The translations under genes and the position numbers were made by a program. Under the pieces are notes generated by a model. It did not search any database, had not been told where the DNA came from, and saw only the letters and a program-made list of their open reading frames with translations. DNA of 61,735 nucleotides, filler included. It is 4 parts of 4 records of this genome, joined end to end, with 100 filler letters (N's around TTAATTAATTAA, not from the genome) between each part and the next. Parts side by side here need not be neighbours in the genome. Positions count along the whole stretch, not along the records: positions 1 to 23,992 come from SRR22947725_1921; 3 more parts are not named here. One strand, given 5' to 3'. Shown one piece after another: positions 12,860-23,992 of the stretch. Position 1 is the stretch's first letter. Every line of letters begins with the position of its first letter.

Positions 12860-14287
12860 CTAAAACTTTTTTGACTGCTTTAACTCTACAAGCATAGATA
12901 ATGCATCAGAATGAGTATTTTTAATGTCTCCATTTAATATAGCTTCCTCGACTAATTTTTTAATTTCTCCCACCTTTCTTCCTGCAGATAAATTGAACAT
13001 CTCCATGATTTCATGCCCTCTGACAGGAGATTGGAATGCTCGCAATTCATCTGTTTCAATAACATCTTGAATACGCTTATCAACACGATCAAAATTAGCT
13101 AAATACTTTTTAACATTATTTGGATTTTTAGTTGTGATATCAGCGCGACATAATAACATTAGGTCTTTTGCATCATCTGATGCATCCACAATCAATCTTC
13201 TAATAGCAGAATCAGTTACTTCTTTTTTTGCCAAACTAATAGGTCGCAAGTGTAAGGCGGTAAGTTTAACAATGTAGTCTCTAGTTTTGTTTGAAAATTT
13301 CATTCGCTCTGATACCTTTTTTAGCATACGTGCACCATAATCATCATGGCCGTAGAAAGTATATCCTTTCTTTTTATCTATTCTTCTAGTATTAGGTTTT
13401 GCAATATCATGGACTAGTGCAGCTAATCTCAAGTCTAGTTTATCAGACAGTTTTGCTGCATTATCAACCACCTCTAGGGTATGAAAAAAGATATCTTTAT
13501 GATGGTATTCACTGGTTTGATCCAAACCGTACATTACTGAAATTTCTGGAAACACATATTCGAGCAATCCAGCTTCTTGCAGCATAATAAATCCAATAGA
13601 AGGCTTATCAGTACCTAAAATCTTTAATAATTCATTCGTTATTCTTTCTTGAGAAACTATAGATATTCTTTCTGCATTATTTCTAATTGCTTCTAAGCAT
13701 TGTGCATCTATTTCCATTCCTAATTTTGCTGAGAAATAAGCTGCTCTCATCATACGTAATGGATCATCAGAAAATGTTATATCAGAATCAATCATAGGGG
13801 TACGTAATATTTTTGCACTTAAGTCTTTTAGTCCATCAAAAGGATCAATGAGCATACCCATACTATCTTGTTGTAATGAGATTGCCATAGAATTTACAGT
13901 AAAATCTCTTCGCTGTAAGTCTTCATTAATATTTGTCATGAAAATATCTTTTGGTTTGCGTGATTTAGGGTCATATGACTCTAAACGAGCAGAAGCAACT
14001 TCGATTTCACACTCTTTATATGGTATACGAGCTGTAGCAAACTTTGGGAATGGTACTACAGTAGATACTTTTAATTTTTTACCTAACTTATTGGCAAATT
14101 CAATGCCATCTCCTTCAACCATTATATCAATATCCACTGAATGTTTTTCTGGCTCTAGTAATAAATCTCTAACACAGCCACCAACTAGAAAAGCTGGTAC
14201 TTGTGTTTCTTTAGATAAATCACTAATTATCTTAGATATGCGATATAATCGCTTATTTTCCTTAAGTGTGTCTTTAATTAAAGTCAT
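12860..14287 (-). CDS. CCA tRNA nucleotidyltransferase / poly(A) polymerase family protein with HD domain
   Basis: VGGCVRDLLL..DIDI, EDLQRRDFTVN, DDPLRMMRA, SQERI, LVHDIAKP. Confidence 0.9.
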   Translation of the reverse strand: MTLIKDTLKENKRLYRISKIISDLSKETQVPAFLVGGCVRDLLLEPEKHSVDIDIMVEGDGIEFANKLGKKLKVSTVVPFPKFATARIPYKECEIEVASARLESYDPKSRKPKDIFMTNINEDLQRRDFTVNSMAISLQQDSMGMLIDPFDGLKDLSAKILRTPMIDSDITFSDDPLRMMRAAYFSAKLGMEIDAQCLEAIRNNAERISIVSQERITNELLKILGTDKPSIGFIMLQEAGLLEYVFPEISVMYGLDQTSEYHHKDIFFHTLEVVDNAAKLSDKLDLRLAALVHDIAKPNTRRIDKKKGYTFYGHDDYGARMLKKVSERMKFSNKTRDYIVKLTALHLRPISLAKKEVTDSAIRRLIVDASDDAKDLMLLCRADITTKNPNNVKKYLANFDRVDKRIQDVIETDELRAFQSPVRGHEIMEMFNLSAGRKVGEIKKLVEEAILNGDIKNTHSDALSMLVELKQSKKF

Positions 14288-14317
14288 TTTGTAAATTAAA
14301 AAATATATCTATCTATT

Positions 14318-15160
14318 ATGCTACAAAAACTAAATAAATATATTGTATTATTTTTCTTCTTTTCGCTTTTAAGCGCTCAATTCAAAGAGGCTACGGTTTC
14401 ATTTGATGATCGCCTTCTAAAAGCAGATGAAAAAGTATCTTTGTTCCAACTACAAAACAATATTAAAAAGTTCTATGAATATACTGTTTGGAATGAGGAA
14501 TACCGCGATTTAGAAATTAATATTAATGTTCAAATTTTATTTGAAGGAAATGCTAATATAGGAAGTACGCAAGCATATGGGATTCAATCTTTATTTAGTA
14601 ATAATAAAGATTTACATTTTTTTGATAAAGGTTCAAATTTTGTTTTAAATCAAAATAACTCATTATACTATGACAGTGTTTACTTCGATCCTCTTTCAAG
14701 TCTACTAGGATTTTATGGAAATATTATACTAGGAGCAGAGCTAGATACTTGGTCAAACTTAGGTGGTAATAGCCATTATGAAAAAGCACGATCTGTTGCA
14801 GTTCGTGCTAGTGCTTCTAATTTTTCAAGAGGATGGGATCAGCGAATTGTACTCATAAATCTATTGACAGAAAATGTTGGATTAAGGAAATTAAGATTCT
14901 CAACCTATCTTGCATATGAACTCTTCGAAAATGGGGAAATAGATGCATGTGGTGATGCATTAGATTCTATAGTTAATAACTTGAATGAGGTAGTAGATAA
15001 TTATAATCAAGAAATTTATACTAATACATTTTTAAAGTTTCATGGTAAAAAAATTGGTGAAATGATGCAAAAATTAGGTCAAAAAAAATTACTACAAGAA
15101 ATGATTTATTTAGATTCTCAAAGAGATGATATTTATAAAGAACTTTTATCGTCAATCTGA
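14318..15160 (+). CDS. DUF4835 (PorD-like) exported protein
   Basis: Signal peptide; LSSLLGFYGNIILGAELDTWSNLGGNSHYEKA...GW...R pattern recalled for DUF4835. Confidence 0.65.
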   Translation: MLQKLNKYIVLFFFFSLLSAQFKEATVSFDDRLLKADEKVSLFQLQNNIKKFYEYTVWNEEYRDLEININVQILFEGNANIGSTQAYGIQSLFSNNKDLHFFDKGSNFVLNQNNSLYYDSVYFDPLSSLLGFYGNIILGAELDTWSNLGGNSHYEKARSVAVRASASNFSRGWDQRIVLINLLTENVGLRKLRFSTYLAYELFENGEIDACGDALDSIVNNLNEVVDNYNQEIYTNTFLKFHGKKIGEMMQKLGQKKLLQEMIYLDSQRDDIYKELLSSI

Positions 15161-16155
15161 GAAAAATATTTTTTTCTTTTAAAAAAATAATCTATCGCAA
15201 TGCTGCCGTTATAGATATTATCTAGCTGAACAATATGATTATTTTTTCTAAGAATCATTATTTTATTTATAGAAAATAATATCCACAACTCTGCTCTCAA
15301 TATGGCAATGAACCTTCTTATATCAAGAGAAATAATTGAGTAAATCAAAGCCATCCAATCCAGTAATAATCTTTGAATGATTAAGAGCCCATAATAGAAG
15401 GTGAAAGAGTTCTTAAAAAATAAAATCCAAGAATTTCTATGATTCAAATAATGTGATTTGATAGTATTTTGCTTAATTGTTTGCTTTCCATAATGATAAA
15501 TTAAGGCATCTGGAACAGACCAGATTTTATATTGTAGAGATTGTGCTCTCCAACATAAATCTATTTCTTCCATATATGCAAAATATACTTCATCAAAACC
15601 ATTTAGTTGATTGAATATATCTCCCCTAACCATCATGGCAGCTCCAGATGACCAAAATATTTCTGAAGCTTTATCATATTGCCCGGTATCTTTTTCTAGT
15701 GTATTAAAAATTCGACCTTTTACATAAGGAAATCCGAAATGATCTAAGAATCCACCTGAACCACCAGCATAGTCAAAATACTCTCTATTTTTAATATTCA
15801 ATATTTTAGGCTGTACTGCAAAAGTATCCGGATGACTATCTAGGAAGTTTACTAATTTTTCTATCCAGCCTTTAGAATGCTCAGTATCATTATTTAAAAA
15901 TAATAAATACTTACCTTGTGCACTTTGTGCTCCGATATTACAGCCACCACTATATCCAACATTATTTTGATTACTAATAATAACTACTTCTGAGAATAGC
16001 TGCTTAATATTATGAACAGAATCATCTGTAGATCCATTATCTACTACAATGATTTCAAAATTTTTTATGTCGATATTTTGATAGATTGAATTAATGCAAT
16101 TATATAATAGTTCTTTACCATTATAATGAGGAATAATAATTGAGACTAATTTCAT
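15133..16155 (-). CDS. glycosyltransferase family 2 (WbbL/rhamnosyltransferase-like)
   Basis: VSIIIPHYNG, VVDNGSTD, NVGYSGGCN, FLNND, FDYAGGSGG, YMEEIDLCWR. Confidence 0.9.
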   Translation of the reverse strand: MKLVSIIIPHYNGKELLYNCINSIYQNIDIKNFEIIVVDNGSTDDSVHNIKQLFSEVVIISNQNNVGYSGGCNIGAQSAQGKYLLFLNNDTEHSKGWIEKLVNFLDSHPDTFAVQPKILNIKNREYFDYAGGSGGFLDHFGFPYVKGRIFNTLEKDTGQYDKASEIFWSSGAAMMVRGDIFNQLNGFDEVYFAYMEEIDLCWRAQSLQYKIWSVPDALIYHYGKQTIKQNTIKSHYLNHRNSWILFFKNSFTFYYGLLIIQRLLLDWMALIYSIISLDIRRFIAILRAELWILFSINKIMILRKNNHIVQLDNIYNGSIAIDYFFKRKKYFSQIDDKSSL

Positions 16156-19025
16156 AGCCCTTTTAATTTATCAATTTCATCTAATAGCTGGCTTGCATCT
16201 GTATCTTCAGGACTACGAACTATCCAATCCTGAATTAATTTAATTGCTTCATCATACTCTTCTAATTCTCTGTGACATAAGTAGAGAAGAAATACTAATT
16301 CAGGTAAAGTCTGCTGCCATGACTGCCATTCTTCTACTGTAATTTTTGTAGAAGTAAATCCTTGTTTTTCAATTGCTCTTTCAATAATTAGAAAGTTATC
16401 ATATATAGTTTTAAATATGATCTTTGCTTCTTCATAATCATCTAAATTTTGAATGAATGATTTACCATATAATAAATAATCTTCCATATCAATATCATCT
16501 CTTTGTGTGAGCTCTTTTAGATGATACTTTACCCTCTCCCTATTACCAACTCCATTATATATTTGTGAGATTTGATATTGAAGATCTTTTGATGGAATAC
16601 CAATTACCGCACTAGGCATTTTATCCTCCATATCTAATAACACCATTTCTGCTTTCTGAAAATTATCATCAAGATAATGTGATATAGCTAATCGAGTAAA
16701 GCCTGTTCGATAGTTCTGAACTAATCTTCCAATCTGCCTATCAATATGGACATTTTTATTGGCTAGATTTCTATAGATGTATCCAGGCTGATACTCTTTA
16801 GATATAGATAGATCTTCAATAGAATCTCTATTTGAATCATAATCTTTAAACCAAGCCTTACTACCAACAAATGGTAATAAATTATTGGACATTTTTTCTT
16901 GGTTAATTGGATACAACTTATTATTGATTAGTCGATAAGCCAAACCTTCCATTGTTAAATAATCTTCTAAATTCAACATGCTGGTTGGAGAAACTGTCAC
17001 ACCAAAATATATTGGTCTTTTCCAGTTATTGTCTTTGATAATTCTTAATACCATTAAATCTTGAATACGTAATGCTACATCAAAGTAGGTTGGTTTTAAT
17101 TCCCATTCGATAATCCCATCAGGATTTAAGTCATCAGATGGAGCATTAATAGATATAGTATTGGCTGACCATTTTTTAAAATCTAAATTTTGTATTTCAC
17201 TATCAGTCATATATATAAAAGAATCTTCTTTATCTCTAAGCTGGGTTACATACCATGGTGTATTCAATAAACTTAAATTAACTACTCTTACATCAGTTCT
17301 AATGTTTTCAACTTCCTGTAGATACCATAAAGGAAAAGTATCATTATCTCCATTAGTAAATAGAATTGCATCTGGATCACAAGTTTGTAACATATTATAT
17401 GCCATATCCCATGCAATGTAATTACCTGTTCTGTCATGTTGGTCATAATTTGCAATCAACATCCTTATTGGCATAAAAACTAAGAACATAGATATCATAA
17501 AGTAGGATGCATTCAGCTTAATAGATTTTTCTAAAAAGGTATCGCTTATATAATTAATTGTTCTAAATACTCCTATTGAGATCCATATCGAAAATGCCAT
17601 AAAACTTGCGACATACGAATAATCTCTTTCTCTTGCTTGGGGGTTATCTTGATTTAAATAGAAAATAATTGCAAGGCCTGTCATGACAAACAATACCAAC
17701 AAAGAAAATGCATCATATCTATTTTTTCTGAAATGGAAATATGCACCAAATAAACCCATAACTAATGCTAGTGGTAATCCAAATTGCCTCCAATCTACTC
17801 CATCTTGTTTAGGTGATGCTCCGAAGTCTGATACAAAAGAATCATTACTCGGTCCCTTGCCTGCAAATTGCCATAAAAAATATCTTATATACATTTTATT
17901 TATCTGATAAGTCCAAAGAAAACTTGCTTGCGATGACATATCGTGAGTTATATAGTCATAGTTTTGTTTACTAGAAAATTCAAAATCTGGATATTCTGGA
18001 CTACCTACTATAGAAATTTTTGATGGAAGATTATTAAATTTTCTTGGAAGTATGGACATAGCTCCATATTGATCGCGATTTAAATAAGAAATGGCTTCTT
18101 CTATTGTCTCAGGATTATTTTCATCAATATTTGGATTTTGTCCCGATCGAATAAAGATTGAAAAATATGTAGAATAACCAATAATAATTAGGAATAAAGA
18201 AGTATAAATAAGTGATAAAATAGTCTTTTGCTTTTTTATACTACTATAAAGTAAATAAAATAATACTCCTACAAAAAATAGCAATCCTCCAAAACCTATT
18301 TTTGATACAATGGCTGGGAAACCCTTAATAATACCATTCTGAATAATAATAAATGCCAACAATGAGAGACCTAATGTAATAAGTAGATTTTTGGTTGAAA
18401 AATTTGAAGTAGAGAAATATATAATTAGCCCTATAAAAGGTATTGTTAGCAAGTTTAGTAAATGTACTCCTGTTGCTAAACCAATAACATATACAATGCC
18501 CATCAGATACATTGCACTGTAAGGCTTATCCTTATCTCTAGACCAAATTAGAATAAGATATACTACTAAAGCTGTCATAAATCCGCTAAAAGCATATACT
18601 TCAGTCTCTACTGCATTAAACCAATGACTGTGCGTAAATGCAAACGTAAGTGATGCAACAACAGAGGACCACATTTTAAAATGCTTCGAATTATCTTTGC
18701 TATCAAGCCTATCGATAAATTGATTACAAATAAGAAAAAGCAAGCTAATAGTAGCTGCACTAATAAGCGGAGAAAATATGTTCATACGAAATGCAATATC
18801 TGAACTAATTGGAATTAGAGTAAATAACTTACCAATTAATAAGAATAATGGACTGCCTGGTGGATGAGGTATCCCCAATATATATGAAGTAGCTATAAAT
18901 TCTCCAGTATCCCAAAAAGATACTGTTGGTGCCATTGTAGAAAAATAAATACCGAATGTTATAAGAAATAAAAATCCAGCAATTATATATTCTAACTTCT
19001 TGCTATAAGATGTAAAAAAACTCAA
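16152..19025 (-). CDS. DUF2723 / TMEM260-like multi-pass membrane protein (GT-C fold candidate) with C-terminal TPR-like region
   Basis: APTVSFWDTGEFI, GIPHPPGSPLF, WFNAVETEVY, ERDYSY, FTNGDNDTFPLWYLQEVE..RTDVRVVNLSLLNTPWY. Likely TTG start at 19025, just after the DUF1844 stop. Confidence 0.85.
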   Translation of the reverse strand: MSFFTSYSKKLEYIIAGFLFLITFGIYFSTMAPTVSFWDTGEFIATSYILGIPHPPGSPLFLLIGKLFTLIPISSDIAFRMNIFSPLISAATISLLFLICNQFIDRLDSKDNSKHFKMWSSVVASLTFAFTHSHWFNAVETEVYAFSGFMTALVVYLILIWSRDKDKPYSAMYLMGIVYVIGLATGVHLLNLLTIPFIGLIIYFSTSNFSTKNLLITLGLSLLAFIIIQNGIIKGFPAIVSKIGFGGLLFFVGVLFYLLYSSIKKQKTILSLIYTSLFLIIIGYSTYFSIFIRSGQNPNIDENNPETIEEAISYLNRDQYGAMSILPRKFNNLPSKISIVGSPEYPDFEFSSKQNYDYITHDMSSQASFLWTYQINKMYIRYFLWQFAGKGPSNDSFVSDFGASPKQDGVDWRQFGLPLALVMGLFGAYFHFRKNRYDAFSLLVLFVMTGLAIIFYLNQDNPQARERDYSYVASFMAFSIWISIGVFRTINYISDTFLEKSIKLNASYFMISMFLVFMPIRMLIANYDQHDRTGNYIAWDMAYNMLQTCDPDAILFTNGDNDTFPLWYLQEVENIRTDVRVVNLSLLNTPWYVTQLRDKEDSFIYMTDSEIQNLDFKKWSANTISINAPSDDLNPDGIIEWELKPTYFDVALRIQDLMVLRIIKDNNWKRPIYFGVTVSPTSMLNLEDYLTMEGLAYRLINNKLYPINQEKMSNNLLPFVGSKAWFKDYDSNRDSIEDLSISKEYQPGYIYRNLANKNVHIDRQIGRLVQNYRTGFTRLAISHYLDDNFQKAEMVLLDMEDKMPSAVIGIPSKDLQYQISQIYNGVGNRERVKYHLKELTQRDDIDMEDYLLYGKSFIQNLDDYEEAKIIFKTIYDNFLIIERAIEKQGFTSTKITVEEWQSWQQTLPELVFLLYLCHRELEEYDEAIKLIQDWIVRSPEDTDASQLLDEIDKLKGL

Positions 19026-19026
19026 T

Positions 19027-19362
19027 TTATTTTTCAGATTCTTCTTTAGTCTCATCTTTTGAATCAAGAGAAGGTTTTTCGCTAGGCTTTGCATCTTCAG
19101 CCTTTTCGACTTCTACGTAATTCATTTTTAATTCTGATAATACTTTATCTAAATACTCTTTTTCATCATCTGTTAGACTAGCATGCATTCTATTATTAAT
19201 CATATCTAACATATCAATTTGAATAGATGCTTGTGTTAACTCTACTGACATCTCGTTAGTCATGGGATTTTGTATTTTTCCTAAAGCAATCCATACACCA
19301 TATACTGATTGAGAAATCAGTGAATCAAAAAGTTGTTTTTCTGTATAGGGTTTTGTTGTCAT
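19027..19362 (-). CDS. DUF1844 family protein
   Basis: ALGKIQNPMT...QASIQIDMLDMI...L.DDEKEYL..VLSELKMNYV pattern. Confidence 0.75.
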   Translation of the reverse strand: MTTKPYTEKQLFDSLISQSVYGVWIALGKIQNPMTNEMSVELTQASIQIDMLDMINNRMHASLTDDEKEYLDKVLSELKMNYVEVEKAEDAKPSEKPSLDSKDETKEESEK

Positions 19363-19372
19363 TTTTCTTCCT

Positions 19373-21469
19373 CTAATTAACTGTTGTTTTTAAAAATAGT
19401 TGTAAATATTCATTATCAAATCTCTCCTTAATCAAACTATTGATTGGAGCCTCTAAATTTGCATCATTATGAATAATATCAAAAGCTTTCATTCTAGCAT
19501 TTCTAATAATTGGTCCATCAGTAGTTAAATCAGCAATTCTAAATTTAATAAATCCGCTTTGTCTTTCACCGAAAAATTCTCCCGGTCCTCTTAATTTTAA
19601 ATCTTCATCAGCAATTTCGAATCCATTTCTACTTTTTGTTAATACATTTAAACGTTGTTTTGTATTAGGAGATTCACTATCACTACAAAGTATACAATAA
19701 CTTGTTAATTCTCCCCTACCTACTCTTCCTCTTAATTGGTGTAATTGACTTAGTCCAAATCGTTCACAATTATTAATTAGTATAACCGATGCATTAGGAT
19801 TATCAATCCCAACTTCTACAACTGTAGTTGATACTAAAATCTGAATTTCATGATTCATAAATTGTTCCATTACTTTATTTTTTTGGTCTGGATCTAATTT
19901 TCCATGCATCAATCCCACAGTTAAGTCTGGAAAGATATTTTGCGTCAATAAATCAAATGATTCGGATGCAGCATCAAGATCTTGTTTTTCAGTTTCTTCA
20001 ATGAGGGGGTAGACAACTATAGCTTGTCCTCCTATTGAAACCTTTTCACGAATAAAATTATATGCAGTATCTAAATTATTTTTCTCAATATGAGATGTGA
20101 ATATATCTGGTCTATTTTTTGGTAGCTCATCAATAATAGATAAGTCCATATCTCCATTATAAGTTATAGCTAGAGTTCTAGGTATGGGTGTTGCTGTCAT
20201 TGCCATTAAATTAGGAACAGCAGATTTTTTGAGTAGCATTTGTCTTTGGTTTACTCCGAATCTATGTTGTTCATCTATAATTGATAATCCTAAATTTTTG
20301 AATGCTACATCTTTTTGAAATAAAGCATGAGTACCAATAACTATCTTTGAATCTCCTGCCTTAATAGACGCAAGTACTGCTTTCTTATCTTTACTTTTAA
20401 GACTACCAACAAGCAATGAACATTCAACGCCTAATTTTTCATATTCTGCTTTGAAATTTTTATACAATTGCTTTGCTAATAGATCAGTAGGAGCCATAAT
20501 TGCAACTTGATAATTATTTTCAACAACCACGGAAGATGCTAAAATTGACACAATTGTTTTTCCACAACCAACATCTCCTTGAATCATGCGATTCATTGGA
20601 TTTTCTGATAAAAAATCATCAATTATTTCTCTAAGAACTTGTTTTTGACTACCAGTTAATTCAAAACTTAAGTTTTTCAATATCTGGTTGTAGTATTTGG
20701 TCTTAAATCCTATTGGAGTAAAACGATTTTCCTTTATTTTCTTTTTTCTTAAAGCGAGAAGAATTTGTAAGAAAAAATGTTCATCGAATTTAAGTCTATG
20801 GATTGACTCTTCTAATTTATCAATACTAGTAGTAAAGTGAATATTTCTTAGTGCAGAATCAAGAGAACAAACTTTAAAGTTTTCTTGCTGTTTTTTATCA
20901 AAATGGTCTTCAATTTTTTTCAAAGAGTCTAGTGCAAGATAGATAATCTTTCTTAAGTTTCTATTATCAAGACCTGACTTTTTTAAATCTTCTGTTAAAG
21001 GATAAACCGGAATGACAAATCCAGTACTAAGTGATATTTCGTTCGCATTCAACTTGTCATATTCAGGATGAACAATCTGGAAGTTTCCTTTATAATCAGC
21101 AACTTTACCATGAACAGCAATCAAATCTCCTGCTTTTAAAGATTGATAGATATAATCAGATCCATTAAACCACATCAATCTGACAGAGCCAGTATGGTCT
21201 GCAAGTGTTGCTGTTAAAAAACTTCCACGTTTCATTTTTCTTAGATTAACCGATTTCACTCTCCCTACAATATTGACCTCCATATCTGTTTTAATAGAGC
21301 CTATAAGGTGAATTGATGTTCTATCTAAATACTTTCTTGGAAAATAATATAAAAGATCTTTAATGGTGTAAATATTGAGGGATTCTAACACCTGAGCTCT
21401 TCTCGGACCAACGCCCTTGATGTATTGAATAGGAGTTTCTAATAAATTAGAAGGATTATTGAGTTCCAT
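19373..21469 (-). CDS. recG: ATP-dependent DNA helicase RecG
   Basis: IKGVGPRRA, wedge domain, QGDVGCGKT, IDEQHRFGV, MTATPIPRTL, QLHQLRGRVGRG, DLKLRGPGE. Confidence 0.97.
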   Translation of the reverse strand: MELNNPSNLLETPIQYIKGVGPRRAQVLESLNIYTIKDLLYYFPRKYLDRTSIHLIGSIKTDMEVNIVGRVKSVNLRKMKRGSFLTATLADHTGSVRLMWFNGSDYIYQSLKAGDLIAVHGKVADYKGNFQIVHPEYDKLNANEISLSTGFVIPVYPLTEDLKKSGLDNRNLRKIIYLALDSLKKIEDHFDKKQQENFKVCSLDSALRNIHFTTSIDKLEESIHRLKFDEHFFLQILLALRKKKIKENRFTPIGFKTKYYNQILKNLSFELTGSQKQVLREIIDDFLSENPMNRMIQGDVGCGKTIVSILASSVVVENNYQVAIMAPTDLLAKQLYKNFKAEYEKLGVECSLLVGSLKSKDKKAVLASIKAGDSKIVIGTHALFQKDVAFKNLGLSIIDEQHRFGVNQRQMLLKKSAVPNLMAMTATPIPRTLAITYNGDMDLSIIDELPKNRPDIFTSHIEKNNLDTAYNFIREKVSIGGQAIVVYPLIEETEKQDLDAASESFDLLTQNIFPDLTVGLMHGKLDPDQKNKVMEQFMNHEIQILVSTTVVEVGIDNPNASVILINNCERFGLSQLHQLRGRVGRGELTSYCILCSDSESPNTKQRLNVLTKSRNGFEIADEDLKLRGPGEFFGERQSGFIKFRIADLTTDGPIIRNARMKAFDIIHNDANLEAPINSLIKERFDNEYLQLFLKTTVN

Positions 21470-21478
21470 AAATGGACA

Positions 21479-22819
21479 TTACTTCCATTCTTTTCTGTAT
21501 GTATATGTAATTAGTTCTGAGGAATTGGGTTGGATTTCTAATGGAAAATAAATAGTAGACGCATCATCTTTGATGTACATACTTGAAGATTCTTTAATTA
21601 CCCAATCTCCAACAATCTTTTCAATAGCTTTGACTTTGATAGACGCTGAAGAAGTATTAAGTATTTGAAGTGATATTGTTGATTCTTCGCTATTATTTTG
21701 ACGATCAAAATTTAAAATTCTACGTTTACCTATAATATCCAATGCTTTTCCAGCATCTAATACAGCGCTACCACCTTTATATAATGCGCTTAAAGTATTT
21801 TTACCAATAAAAGATAATTCACCATCTATATCTTCTTCATAAAGATATATAGCTCCTGATGGAAGAGGTAGTTCTAAGTTATTATCTTTAGTATTTTCAA
21901 AAGAGATTTCAATACTAAGTGGCTCATCTTTCTGGTCACGTTCTGAATTTTCAAAAATATATTTCTTTTCAAATGTAATCTGCGTCTTAGGCATTAAAGG
22001 AAATTGAATTGTTTCAAGTGCTTTTAGATTTAGATTATTACCTAAACTAAAAATATAGAAGTCCCCAAGTTGATTAACTTTTTCAGTCATACCCATTCTA
22101 GATGCTACCATTCCCATAGTATTGGATGATTTAGCACTACTAATAGGAACGAGGCCTTCGACGACCTTTATATCAACTCCTAATAAATTCATATTAGAAC
22201 CATTTACTACTTCTGCATCTATACTGAGAACTGCATTAGTATCACTACCATTTAATAATAATTTATATACTGGCTTCCAGCTAAACCCTGAAGTTAAATA
22301 AGTCAAATCTGCGGTTACACTTTTTAACCCTTCGGAGAAAATTTCCCATGAAATTTGTGGTGTAAATTTATTTTGAATCTGATTGGTTTTTAGTGAAATA
22401 TATTCTACTCTAGATCGTTGAAAAATCATAAGTCCCTTGTTAGTACTTATAGATATAGATGAAGAATTTATATCTAATAACGCTCCTTGGACCGCTGAAT
22501 TATTTGCCGGCTTTACTTCAACCAATGAGCCTATATTTTTTTTCAAATAAGAATCAGTAGAATAAAAGTTTTTATTAAGTGTTTGAGAACCGACTTCTAC
22601 TCCGTCAATATTTAATAGAGGTGAATCAAATACAATATTTGGTGAAAGATTATTAAAAGATGTGATATTTTTTCCGTCTTTTAAATTCCATAAAATTGGC
22701 TCTTTTATGATAGCAAAGCTATCTTTATAGATAGTCAAGGTTCTATTATTTTGAACTGGTTCTAGTTCTTGGGCATTCAAGATATTTAGTACCAATAACG
22801 CTATTAATATTTTTTTCAT
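21479..22819 (-). CDS. DUF4139-like exported protein
   Basis: Signal peptide, LTIY..SFAIIKE, LTYLTSGFSWKPVY, LELPLPSGAIYLY. Confidence 0.65.
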   Translation of the reverse strand: MKKILIALLVLNILNAQELEPVQNNRTLTIYKDSFAIIKEPILWNLKDGKNITSFNNLSPNIVFDSPLLNIDGVEVGSQTLNKNFYSTDSYLKKNIGSLVEVKPANNSAVQGALLDINSSSISISTNKGLMIFQRSRVEYISLKTNQIQNKFTPQISWEIFSEGLKSVTADLTYLTSGFSWKPVYKLLLNGSDTNAVLSIDAEVVNGSNMNLLGVDIKVVEGLVPISSAKSSNTMGMVASRMGMTEKVNQLGDFYIFSLGNNLNLKALETIQFPLMPKTQITFEKKYIFENSERDQKDEPLSIEISFENTKDNNLELPLPSGAIYLYEEDIDGELSFIGKNTLSALYKGGSAVLDAGKALDIIGKRRILNFDRQNNSEESTISLQILNTSSASIKVKAIEKIVGDWVIKESSSMYIKDDASTIYFPLEIQPNSSELITYTYRKEWK

Positions 22820-23992
22820 TTTAACATCTCAATATTGGCAATTATTTTTTCTCTTTCAATGATAAAATCATCTAATTTGCTTTTTTCATGATTTACAATT
22901 TTTTTAGGCGCTTTGTCTGTAAATGCTTTATTGTTTAATTTTATTTCAATCCCGGAAATAAAACCTTCTATATCTTTTAATCTTTTATTCAATTTTAAAA
23001 TTTCTCCTTTTGAGTCAACAAGGTCTCCCAGGGGAATATATACAACACAATTCTTACAGATTCCAACTGCAGACTGTTCTGGTTTTTCAAGATTTATTTC
23101 AACTTTTAACTCCTCTAGATTAGTTAGGGCCTTAATCATACTTTCTAAGCTATGAAACAGCGATGCATCTTTAGTATTTTTAATAGCAATCGATGCGCTA
23201 ATTTTTTTAGTAGGAGCAACATTTAATTCTGATCTAATTGTACGAATAGCTACAATCACTTCTTTCAATGATACTACTTTATCTTCGTCATATTCTAGGC
23301 TGTCTGCACTAATACTCGGCCAGGATGATATGATAATATCTTTATCCGAATCATTCTTTAAATAACTCCAAATTTCTTCAGTAATGAATGGAGCAATTGG
23401 ATGTAAGATTAATAAAACCTTCTTTAGTACTTCTCTTGCAACAAGAAATGCATTATTCTTTTCTTTTTTATCTGAACTATTAAACTTGATTTTAGCAATT
23501 TCTATGTACCAGTTACAAAATTCATTCCATGTAAAATCATACATAACCTTTATCGCTTCATTGAATTGATAGTTATTATAATGAGTATCAACTTTTTTAA
23601 GAGTAGTATCTAACTGTGAAAGTATCCATCTGTCATACATATCTAATGAATCTTTATCTAAGTTGTCATTAAAGCTATCATCATGATTAATCATAATAAA
23701 GCGGCTAGCATTCCAAATTTTATTCATAAAGTTTCTGCCAATTTCTAGCCCATTTTCTGAAAAGTAGACATCAGAACCTTGTGGAGACATTAGCATAATT
23801 GAAAATCTTGTAGCGTCAGTTCCATATTTCTCAAATAATTCAATTGGGTCAGGAGAATTACCGAGAGACTTACTCAATTTTCTACCTGTGCTATCGCGTA
23901 GAATACTTGTAAAATAGACATCCTTGAATGGTATTTCATCTAAGAACTCTATGCCTGCAATAATCATTCTTGCTACCCAAAAGAAAATAATA
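22816..23992 (-). CDS. valS: valine--tRNA ligase, C-terminal part (truncated by contig end)
   Basis: Frame is open to the gap (IIFFWVARMII), KLSKSLGN (KMSKS equivalent), GRNFMNKIWNASRF, LHPIAPFITEEIW, C-terminal coiled coil. Confidence 0.96.
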
